A stretch of 64,000 nucleotides of DNA from the human T2T-CHM13v2.0 reference genome, Homo sapiens. Made by a program: the position numbers and the translations under genes. Position 1 is the first letter of the stretch; each line of letters begins with the position of its first letter. The DNA is taken from NCBI RefSeq assembly GCF_009914755.1, contig NC_060938.1; one strand, given 5' to 3'. This document shows, piece by piece, positions 26,102 through 37,850 of the stretch. The notes beneath the pieces are model-generated. The model worked only from the letters and a program-made list of their open reading frames with translations. It did no database searches and was not told the DNA's origin.

Positions 26102-26457
26102 TGTATTAGTCTGTTCTCACACTGCTAATAAAGACATACCTGAGACTGGGTAATTTATAAAGGAAAGAGGTTTAATAGACTCAGAGTTCCACATGGCTAG
26201 GGAGGCCTCACAATCATGGTGGAAGGCAAAGGGGAAGAAAGACACGTTTTACATGTCAGCAGGCAAGAGTGTGTGTGCAGGCGAGCTCCCATTTATAAAA
26301 CCATCAGATCTCTTGAGACTTATTCACTACTGTAAGAACAATATGGGGGAAACTGTCCCCATGATTCAGTTATCTCCTCCTTAATAATCCCCTTGATGCA
26401 TGGGGATTATTACAATTCCAGGTGAGATTTGGGCGGGGACACAACCAAACCATATCA
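26102..26457 (-). mobile_element. THE1 (THE1C-like) MaLR solo LTR
   Basis: tgtattagtc...aaaccatatca termini; 5-bp TSD gggag at 26097-26101 and 26458-26462. Confidence 0.92.
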
Positions 26458-27544
26458 GGGAGTTATCCTTCTCCTCTGCCATCCTGTTTCACTCTGCCAG
26501 GCTCCTTTTCTCAGTGCCTCCACAAGTGGTTTACTTGTTGTGATGAACACTATGCACAGCAGAGAGTTTAAGGACCTTAGTCATGTTTCCTACCAATCAG
26601 CGGTTGGCTTCCTATTAAACCTTTCTCGATGTTCTGGACCTCTAGAGAGCCATTCTGTGCTGCTATGCAATCTATAATGACTCTTCAACTAGGTTTCTAT
26701 TCATTTCCAAGTCTTCCCTACCACTGAGATACTTCAAGGAGATATGAGTGGATCATGAATAAATATCCTAAAAATAAAGACAGTTAAGTCAATTGCACTC
26801 TCAATATTATCAGACTATTTTAACTAATATGCTATAGACAAATAATTCTTCAGAATGGTGTTTGCTTTGTGTGTGTCATAGGAGATTCTTGTCTTTAGAG
26901 AATTAGGGAATAATATTAAAATGAATAAATAGTAAAGGTGGGAATATTTTTAATATTATTAAAATAAATAAATGATTAAAGTAGGGAGCATGTTTGAAGG
27001 TCCATTTTAAAAAATATATGTAGACAGAGGAAACCTAAGAGTTAAAATACTGAGTGAGTTTTGCTCTGCATCAGTGGAGGCTATAAAATGCAGTATTTAT
27101 CTGTATATGAGTTCTATACCAATGTGATCTATCTCTCTAATTAGATAATCAACTATTTTTAAAGAGCTGCAAATAAGCCTTACAAGAATGTCATAAATGC
27201 ATTCCATTTAGAAACATCTTGCAGATAAATTGTATTTTTATTCTTCCTGCAGCCTCCTGTAGCCTTAAAAGAATAACAAAAAATAAATTCTTACTACCTA
27301 ATTCCAGACACAGATCATTACTACCAGTAGTATGTTAATCATGCTTGCCATTCCTTCTCCTTTGATATCATTATGCTTTAGGATAGAAAAGGTGGGTGGT
27401 ATGTGAGCCTCCTTGGATAAACAAAACGTTGGAGTGCACAGGCTTCTCAAGAGGTACAATGTTATTTTCATGCAAAAAAATCCCAAGTATTACAAAGGGG
27501 CTTGAAAATGTTGAAAACACATTGTGAATAAGTAGAATTACTAA

Positions 27545-27900
27545 CAAGAGCACTGTATCTTTTGCTTCGATAGGCTCTTTCAAGATGTAGACAAATTGGA
27601 GGTAGGCCAGACAGAATCTACGGGAATGATTAGGGGAATTGAAGGAATGACTTCGGAAAAAAGATTAAAAGAGCTAAATACGTATAGGTTGGCTAAGTGC
27701 CAACTCAGAGAAAATGACATTATGGGCTATAGATATTTGAAAGTGGCTGGCTATAAGCAAAGCAAGGGATTACTTAGGTAATGGGATTAAATCAAGGGGG
27801 TAAACATTTTAAACTCAATATCTGGATTTATTTTGTTGACTATAAGAATTATTAGATTTTAGAACTATCCCATAACCTACTGCTTGGATTAAAGCAAGAG
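27545..27900 (+). mobile_element. Ancient CR1/L3-clade LINE relic (ORF2 C-terminal region)
   Basis: Frame reads EHC..QDVDKLEVGQTESTGMIRGIEGMTSEKRLKELNTYRLAKCQLRENDIMGYRYLK, matching the CR1 ORF2 pattern DxxKLExVQRRATxMIxGLExxxYEERLKELxLxxLxxRRLRGDxIxxYKYLK. Confidence 0.82.
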
Positions 27901-28249
27901 GTAGGGTGTGGTAGCATGAAGTCTCTAATAGTTTACCCAGTTCTGAGCATCTTGTTGCCAGGAAGCAGATCTTACTCACTTTTAATCCCTAGGATTTAGC
28001 ACATTAAAAGAACTCCATAGAGAGCTAAGTCATGTTTAGTTCAGCGAGAAGAAAATGGTCTGTGGAGTCAGACATTACAGATTTTATATCTCTGCTGTTT
28101 TATTGTTCTATAACAGTCAGCAAGTTACTTAACCTAAGCCTTATCCATAAGGTGCGTATTAATATCAACTTTATAGGATTGATGTGAAGTTTACATGAGT
28201 TGTCTTGATCTCTTCTTTTACCTATTTAACAGCGGTTAAATACACCCCT

Positions 28250-28900
28250 CCTCTCCATCATCACTGCCATTGTGTTCCTTCTGACTTTAGTAATGTCTTC
28301 AATGGTTTCCTGGATTCCAATTTTGCCTATCTTCAAGTTTCCACAATATAGTCAGGAATAACTTTTTGCAGCGCATGTATGAGTAAGCAAGCCCTAGCTT
28401 AAAAACTCCAATGGATCCCATTGCCTGCAGGATAAAATCGAATATCCTTAGGATGACAAACTTCATGCCATCATGCCTGTCTTTCTAATTCCAACTCATA
28501 TTACCCTACCCTTCTCACATAATGCTCTAACTACATTCACTTGCTTGAGTTTTTCTTTTGTACCTTGTACAAATGTATAAACATGCTGGTTCCTCTGCTG
28601 AGAACCCACTTTCCACTCCAATTTGCCATTTCTTTGCCACTCTTTGTCTTCTGCCTTGCTTCACACTCTTTCTAAAATGCCAATCTCAGATTTTACCTCT
28701 TTTGAGATTCCAGGTGCCTCTCCCATGTGTTTCCACAGTAAATGGAGCTTATCATTATCCTGCTATTAATTCTACTGTGTTCTAAGTGTCTTTTCACTCT
28801 GCCTCTCCTAATAGATGTTAGGATTCATTTGGGCAGATACTTAGATTAGTGCCTACCATTTAGTAGGCATTCAACATATTTTTAGATTCAAAGAATGATA
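28250..28900 (+). mobile_element. L2 LINE fragment
   Basis: 'cttaaaaactccaatggatcccattgcctgcaggataaaatc' and the 3' end 'tagtaggcattcaacatatt'. Confidence 0.7.
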
Positions 28901-30465
28901 AATGGTAGATGGATAGATGGATGGATGGGTAGGTAAAAAGATATATGGAGTGTAACAAAGTACCTACAACATAAGAAATTATCAATTAATTTCAGTTTTC
29001 TTTCCTTGGAGTTTTGAGATTAAGAAATGCACTTCGTTGTCCCGAATAAGCATAGTCTTGAGTGGGCTTTAGTCAGAGTTATTTGTGTGCATTTATGTCG
29101 ATACTACCCACTCCATTCTATCATATTGGGAAAATAATGCAATCTCGAAGGAATAGGAGTCTAGGAAACCTAGGATATAAGTGAGCACATACCGGAGAAA
29201 AATATGCCAACATAGTAGCTTGGAGGAAATACTTGGAAATATCTTGCCTTTATAGCTAGATATAGAACTTCATTTTTTACAACTAGAAGCTTTGTGACTT
29301 CTGAGACCATGACTGAAGAAAAATGGAAATGAAGACAAAGGGGACTGAAATGGGAGTGGAAGTAGGAAAAGGGGATCCATAGACACAAAACAAACTTTTC
29401 CTTTTACACACTCCATTTCCCTCTCTGGTGCTTGCCCATGGCCCAGCTATTTAACCTTAAGACACATGGCCAGCCCCCTTGTCTAGAGTTTGCCCTAATT
29501 GTTGGGCGCATTGTAGCGTCTTAGATGATCAATTGCTCATGCCAAAAGCAGAGTGTTAAGATTCATGAAATTCGAGTCTGTGCTATTAATAACCTGAGCA
29601 GGGTTTTCATGCCTCCTTCCCCTTTGTTTTCTCCTTTGCCAAGTCTCCATTCTCACTCTTTTGTGGATGTGTGTGTTATGGAGACGAATGAAATTTCAGA
29701 CACAGCAATGAATTGCCACCTAAAAGGATACACCCCAGGGTCTTCTGTGTTCCTTTGCAGCTGTGTGATAAATTGCCATCTCCAAAATTAATTGTTACCT
29801 TTTCAGGAAGTGTTTACTCATTTTCATCTCCTCACTGGCATCAGTGAACCTCTGAGCTAGAAAAACCAACTTTCCTTTCCCTTCTCAAGCCCTTGATATG
29901 CAGCTAGAACGGCAATCAGTGGAGCTGACAAGGGCGAGCAGTGGTACCTCCGTGTTGTTCTCTAGCCCATGAATTCAATGAACATCCAGGCTATGCCTTT
30001 CATCTCAACTGCCTTTTAATAGACTAACCCATTTCTCTTTACTTTTGGCTCCACATTAAAATGTCTATAAAATTTTACTCCAAGCTAGGTCTTCCAGGTT
30101 TACGGAAGAAGGAACATACATTCAGCAAAACAGTTTTCTCTTTTTGTTAGATTTCTGCTGTTCTCAAGAGCTGAAAAAAAGTGTGATACTTCACATGTAC
30201 TCTTTAAAAAACTTACTAAGCCTGCTCAGCTTTTACACAGGGTACGCCGGCACACAAGTGTGACCTGGTCCTTACTCCATCCTCAAAGATAAGTTGTCCC
30301 CACAGTCTGCCAAAAAGATGTCCCTGATGCAATGAGAATGAGCTGGAGTCCTGACTGTGCTACATTTTTAGTGGTATCCTAACTCTCTATTCCACAGACA
30401 TCAGAAAATGTCACAACATACTCTTTGTAACTGGTCCCTTTATTATGTCCATGAATGTAATATAT

Positions 30466-30646
30466 ACAATGATTTTCAAAGAGGGTGATTTTTCACCCCT
30501 CTTCTCTCCCTGCCCCACATACAAAGGAGACTTTGCCTATGTCTGGAAACATTTTTGGTTGTCACAATTGAAAAGGAATGTATGGAGGTGTTGCTGTTAT
30601 CCAGTGAGCAGAGGCCACAGATGCTGCTATACATTTTATAATGCAC
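30466..30646. mobile_element. MER20 DNA transposon relic
   Basis: 'atgtctggaaacatttttggttgtcacaattg...agaggccacagatgctgcta'. Confidence 0.8.
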
Positions 30647-33600
30647 ATGAACTCTGGAATATATAAATCAAGTAAATCTCAGTATTCTGCCATGTACTCT
30701 GGGAGATACTTAAAATTATAAGCCATGACTTCTATTTTCCAAGCATTTTGGAGAAAAACAACCAATTTTGTTTTTGATTTCTGACTATATGGTAGAGTTC
30801 AGCTACACAGTATATGGTACTTTAACAAAGCTATACGGTAGCTGCAAGACAACACCATGGCTGGGCCCTTCAGAGCCTCATAAGTGTATTGGGGACACTG
30901 AGAATCTAGTAATAGACTAACACATATGTACCACCATTGAGTGGCATCAAACATGCTTTCATTTAGTGCTGAAATTGATGATATAATGGAGGCTAGAAAG
31001 ATCTAATAATGAAAAAAAGAGGAATTTAACCAGTCTTGAGGTGATCAAATGAGGAAGCAGAAAGGTAGGATTGATTGTAATGTGTGCACAGAGGAGTGAA
31101 GCCTGATTACCTGTACTACTCATTGCCAGACCTTCAAGAATCGTGTGCCAAGTGCCAGGTGCAGAAGTTGCAAAACTGTTTGGGAGATCAAAGAGAAAAT
31201 ATCAACCTGGCTTTCAAGTCTTTTCAGGGTGCTTTCTTAGAAAAACTGTTTTTGGTCTTGAAACATGGGCAAACATTGGCTGCGGGCCAAGAAATTTATA
31301 GTTCCTGAGGAACTTTAGATTGATACATGTCTGACAATTTCCATTTTGCAAAACAAGAGAAGGCAAAAGTGGGCTTGGAAGGCATTCAATCTTTGATGTT
31401 GTCTTTGCTTCAGCTGAGCAGAAGTGAGAATTTAGACACACTGAGCCATTACCAGAGTTTAAGAAAACTTACCATCAGTGTGGTTTCCCCCTTTCTCTCA
31501 GTCAAGCACATGGGTGTGTGTCATTGTAAAAGGACTATAGGATTGGAAGTGGACACGTGAATTCCATTTCTTACTCTCCACTAACTACCTGAGTGACATT
31601 AGGCAAACTTGCAAATGTGGAAGTTGGGCCGGGCTAGGTTATGTTCCGCTCTAACCTTAAACACTGATTTCCCCATTGACTTTCTTGTTCCATTCAAAGA
31701 GATTAGGAGGAAAAAAAAGTGGTATATCCCAGGCACGTTTTGTGATATTTCAGTGAAATATTGAAATAAGCAATGTCAGCAGCCTCATGTTCTCGCTAAT
31801 GGTCTGGTATACTTTATGAATAAACAACACTAGCTTTATATTACTGGATCTCATTTCCAGCAGATTTATAAAATTGTAACTCTACAGTGTTTTCTGACAG
31901 AGCTTCTGGAAGGGGAAAAATGACAGTGCAGTTGTTTGCTAACATCTGGGTGTACTTTTTGCAACATGGGGAGAATTGTTCCAAGGCAGGGAGCTAATCT
32001 GATTCATATCTCTACCTAGAAGCACTTAAAGAAGCTGTCAGATGATTCCCACAGTGACAAATTTGAGTCCCAAGGAGATGATGGAGTGAAATCAGACACA
32101 TTTTGGGAAGAAATTCCTACTATCTTTTCAAAGGATAAACTCCCACAGTATTTGTGCCAATCTCTTTTACAGCATTCCTATCTCAAAAACCAGAGACTTA
32201 GGCTAATTTTTTTTGTTTCTGTTATTCTCTAATATATTTGTTTAAAAAGGAAGTTTTAATGAAAAGTCAGTCATGTGACTTAGAGAATTAAATGTAGGGC
32301 TCTAGCAAGGATTTGCTTTAAAATGTTTCTCTCCGATTTAGTTGCTGCACCTGGGTAATAACTACCTTGGAAGTATTAGTGTTGTTTCTCTGTCATAAAA
32401 TTGACATGCTTGGTGTGGATAAGAATATTTGATTGTAGAACTGCTTCTACCTAACTGCATTCTGTTATACTAACAATTTGGCTAGCAGAATTTTTTTTTA
32501 AAATCCTCCATTTGCAGCTTTTTGTACTCTGATCACAATATATTAAATCCCCCAGAAGAACTACTACCTTGAATACAAAGCACATAGCGGTGCTCTTTTA
32601 ATTGATTTGTAAAGGTTAGTTGCTCAGTACTAGTGGAAAGTTTCATGATTACTTAATTGAATTACCTGCTTCCCCCAGTAGAGTGCTTACTGGGCACCAT
32701 ACAGTAAGCTGAGAGTTTTACATGCCTGGTACTATTATTTCCCCAGTTTACAGATTAGGAAAGCAAGATGTAGCTTACAAAATATGCTGAAAGACCACTG
32801 GCATAAAAGCCTTTTAATTCCTTGCTGAAAAACTCCCTGGGTTTTGAAATATGATAAACTACATTTTTGTTGTTCTCTGAAGATTCAGGTTCATATAGTA
32901 TGACAGTTTTATTTTTGTGACTCTCAATCATATATGAGATAAATGATGGGGGAAAGAGACCGCTTTGAGGTCAAGCAGACCTATGTCCAATTCTAACATC
33001 AAGGAGAAGCCACGTGCTTTGGCAAAGTTTGTGTATTTACACTGTTGGGAAAACTAAAAGTAATTTATATAAAGTACCTAGCATAGTATCTGGCAGGGTA
33101 GGTGTTCAGTAAATGTTGCTGGTATTATTTTTGCTAGTGATAACATTATTCAGCCATATAAACACATAGCACTAAGGTTAAGCAAAATATGTATTGACAT
33201 TACAGCATGCCTAGGTATTTATTGCCTAAAATATATTTCCGATAAGCTTTTCTTAGCATTTGCTGCTTTCTACTAAGAGTTGAGTGAAACTACGATGACC
33301 ACAATTTAGTCTACTTATTTAAACCTTTAATTGGTTGGCTTCCGGTAAATTGCAGTTTGAATGACTAGCCCAATCATGTATGAGTAGCCGGGAATATTCG
33401 ATAGGTATAGAATTCTTCCTGCCTAATCAAGTCAGGGATACCGATGTTAATTTCTGAAATAAATACTTTCTCCTCTCAAGATCTACCCAGTGGTTCGTTG
33501 CCCCTTGGGATCACTTCTACTTTTCAACAAAGAGCAAGGGACAGTAATTGCAACTTCAGGGTAGAAGGAGAGTTTGCATGCCTGGCCCAGAATGAAATAA

Positions 33601-36271
33601 ATGTGGAGGAACAGAGCCCAAATGACTTGTATGTTTCAGGTACAGCTCCATGTATGCTGCAGATGATTTGGGTTAAAAAAAAAAATTGGCCAGCCTAAAC
33701 TTTGAGGCAAAGAAATTGCATTTCCCAATGTCTCATTTCTCTTTCCTTTTACTTTACTTCATCTACTGTGAATGACCCTTATTTTTTTGTTGTTGCTTTA
33801 TGGCAATAAATAAACGAACCCCCATTGTGCAAATATTATGCTCTTCTCATTGGCCTGGAGGGAAATTGCTACGAGAGAAATCCTGGACTTTTTTCCCCTT
33901 TTTAGAAGGAAATACCAGGTTACGAATGGCCCTTCTCAGTCTCTAGATTGAGACTAGGATTCTTCTGTCACCTCCTCAGAGCCCTGGATGCAGAAAGCAA
34001 TTCATTTCACATGTGTGCAAATCAGACACAGAAATTCTGCAAGGCACCTCTTGGCAGTAAAAGTGGACTATTAACTCTCAAATTGCTGGCCTCTACTGAG
34101 AGGCAACTTCTCCCTGAAGCCAGGTGGGAGTGTCCCTTTGAAGCCTTACACAACCCGACTTCTGTTGCTAGGGTAGAGTACTTTAGAGCAAGAGTAGTCC
34201 TGCGGTATGTTAACTGAGTAGGTGTTTCCCAGAAAATTAAAAGCAAAAGTAACTACCTGGAACAGTCTGATTTTTAAAGCAAAGCAGGATCTTTGTACGT
34301 TTAAAATTTAGTCCAGCTACTTGATAGCCTATAGAGCCCCCAACTCCTTCTTCCAGCCCAGGGAGAGTCTGCAGTGAGCAAGGTAAGAGGTAGCTCCAGC
34401 ATTTTCAGCATGGGGTTAGGTTGGAAGTCCCAGTTGACAGGGACAGTCCTTCCTGCTCTCACCTGCCAAAATCTCTCTCCTCCCAGGAGATAGCTCCCTT
34501 TTCTCCCTGATTGCTTCCTCTCATGAGGAGAAGGTCATTGGCGCTCACCACTTCCAGGGCAACCCTTTATGCAAGCAGTGGGTGCCTTTGAAAGGCAAAC
34601 CGCAGCAGGAAGACTTTGAAGGCAAGAAGAGACTTTTTCATCTTTGCAGGCCCCAGCCAGAACATTGGTTCTCAGTGCAGTACAAGCAGTTTCAAAGTTA
34701 TCTCCCTTGCTGATATGGATGTGATAACATGGAGCGGAGAGGTGCCATAATGATTTCCTTTCAAATGGCTGCCTCACCATTTATCTTTGCACACTGTCAA
34801 AGACTGATATTGTCGGGAGTTAGCAGTGGCATGGAATAATTAATCTCGTACGGGGGAAGTAAGTTCTTCATTTGTCTCCTGAGAAATTAGCACTGCATTG
34901 ACAGCAAAAGTAGATGATATCATCGGAAAGGGAAAGGGAGGTGATCTTTGTAACTCCAGATGCCAAATTGTAACATTGATTCAGTTCTGTGAAGTTTTGA
35001 TTGAACACCTACTATGTGCCAGGTGCTAGAGATACAGATACAGATTCCTGTGCTACAGTAGATCATAATCCCTTGAGGGTCACAGCTTATTTCAAAATCC
35101 TTGTCACCTTGACAAAATGCTCAAGACCACCATGGTGACATGTGTGCCACCATCATTATTATTATCTAAAGAGTTTTACCAAGTGTCTGTATCATTAATA
35201 TTTATTGTAAAGGCTCAACTTTTATAAGAAAGAATCCTTGTCTCCCACACCACCAGTGCAAAGTAGATTAACAAAGTTGGCATTTATTTATTTTATTTTT
35301 TCTTTAGGGGAAAATCAAGAAGTTAGTGATCTAGGGCTAATGGGGATATTGTGTTACTCCCAATATGTGGTTCCCATATTTGGATTCAAGTTTTTCCTAT
35401 TTTCCAATCAGTGGGAGGAGAAAAAGAAAAGCATGCCTGCTTATATCCTATTAAGGCCACACCTGTCTGCAAAACAGGTGGGATCCATGTGAACCAGAAG
35501 CAAGCTATTAAGGATGCAAGAAAATGTAGTGACTAGTTGGATGGCCATATACCTTGCTTAAAACCAGTTAGGGTCTTTTATTTCTGAAAGAAAGAAGGGA
35601 AACTAGATATTTGGGGATGATAAGCAATCTCCCCACAGAGATTCTGGGTGAAATCCTTTTTGCTTCTCTGAATTTCCAATAACTCACCTCTTAAATGAGA
35701 GAATTGAAGGAGGTGTGCTGTGTAGTCCTTTTCAATTTCAAAGTCAAAATAACAACTCTAGGCTCCTCCTCCTTCCTCAGCTTCTCCCAGGCAGTAGGCA
35801 CAGTGATGGGCTCTGTGCTGGGAATTTTGTTTTGAGCCTGTTTCTTTTATTTGGAAACATCAGGTGCTGAACCTATCCTGGATTCGAGTGAGTGCAGGGC
35901 ATGGCTCTAAGAAGCATTTTGTGGAAAGAGTCAAGCTTGTCATCCTCCTCCTTTGAGGCACTAATTGGGCTGACTGGGCCAAGCAAAACAATGGTATGAT
36001 CCATGTGAACCAAAAGCAAATTATTAGGCTTGGAGAGTGGTGGGTAGTCAGAGAAGCACTTCTGTTGTAGACAGAAAAACAGCATCATGCTTCTCAGAAA
36101 GAAAGGGGGCTGCTATCTGGGTGGAAAGCTTAGAATCAAGGGAGAATTATACATGTTTTTAATGGACCGAGGAAGAAGCCAGATTTGTGTATGCGGAGTT
36201 TGATAGGGAAGGGCTTCTCTTCTTTTTCCTACTAAAGGAATAGTGTTTTTGACAAGGTGCCAAAAATCTAG

Positions 36272-36310
36272 GCCACAGCATCCCACTTTGTGCCACAGCA
36301 TCCCACTTTG
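36272..36310. repeat. Tandem duplication with 20-bp period (gccacagcatcccactttg x2)
   Basis: Read directly. Confidence 0.93.
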
Positions 36311-37711
36311 GTGAGCCATACCAGGTTGCAGGAAATTAATTGCTTTAGACTTTGGGCTGGCTGAGTGGGGCCTGAAGCCACCGTAGTCCCTGGGCAAGCC
36401 CCCTCCCACCACACAGGCCTCCTCCATCTCCCTCATTTTCTCTGTGTGCTGTGATTTGGAAAAAATTGACAAGCACTTGATAGAGGCTACCAACCAATTA
36501 GAATTGGTTCACACGAGACACTTGGGAATGAACTCAGCTGGTCACTATGGTGATTTAACTAAATTGTGTTATCCAGACACATTAGTGAATCAAGTCTGGC
36601 ATTTCAATTTTCTCTATAAGATGAATTGTGGAAAGAAGTTCATTATAATAATTAAGGAAGATTTATGCAGTGAGTACATTTTTATCTCTGTAGCCTGTTA
36701 TAATGCTGGTATTTTGTGACCAAAAAAATTGAGTTGTAGATATTAACTATGTAATTCCACAAACTGTGCTCCCGAACGAGTTATTTATATAGTTAGAATT
36801 TAATAAATGGAAACTTTTTGAATGCACCTGCTTAGGAAAATATTGAAAGAAAACTTACTGTAAGTTTTTCAGCACAGTGAACAATCATCCCCCAGTGAAC
36901 AAAATGCTAGCCTTAACCCGGTCAGTAAATTATTTGGCCATAGGCAGATATCTCATCTCCCTGTAAAGGAAAGCCAGTTTCCTCCACTGTAAAATGAGTC
37001 TTAGTAGGAAAGGGGGCATTAGCAAAGTAATCCCTGTGCCTACCCAATCGTTCTAATGTGATGTTTCCTTTGGAAAAAACCTACAACTCAGAAATATATT
37101 GAATGAAAATCTCCCTATTACAGGAAGACACTGCGGGTTGCTAAGGAGTGTGGTTTCTGTGGTTGGAGTAGAGAAAAATAGTGGTGTTTTCTGAGATCTC
37201 AACTCAACTGTGCAGGGTAGATCGAATGAACACAGCACAAGCCACAGCCACTGTTCTGCTTCTGCCTGATTTGCTTCTCCAGAAATTTCCCAGATTACAA
37301 CAATGCCGAAGTGCCCATTGGCTACCACGGAGATAACTTCATAAATTGTTAAACAGGCAGAGCTCAGGTTTAAAGAACTGCCTTTATTTTGAGCTGTGAT
37401 TTTACTTGTGTTTCAGACATTCCCTCAGATATTTTATTTAAAAGATTTCACAGGAGCATCATGCAAAATGGTAAATAATAAAACATTCTATAAACCACAC
37501 ATCCCATCTAGGACTAATCATTATATTTTCCAATTTAACATTCATTCCTTCCAGATATGTTCTTACTCGTTCTTTAAAACTATCATAAATGGAAAGCTAC
37601 CATTTAAGCACAAATAAAACTCTTAAGAAAGCTAAGAAAATCTGAACTCATTAAATATTTCTAACTAGTGAACTCCTTGGTTCTCCAAATGACCTATTTT
37701 TCCCTTCCTTC

Positions 37712-37850
37712 TTTTTTTTTTTTTTATATTTTTAGTAGAAACAGGGTTTCAACATGTTAGCCAGCCTGGTCTTGAACACCTGACCTCGTGATCCACCTGC
37801 CTCAGCCTCTCAAAGTGCTGGGATTACAGGCGTGAGCCACTGAGCCCACC
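37712..37850 (-). mobile_element. Alu (S-type) left monomer only, with its own A-tail
   Basis: Left-arm text followed directly by poly(T); ccttccttcc on both flanks. Confidence 0.85.
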
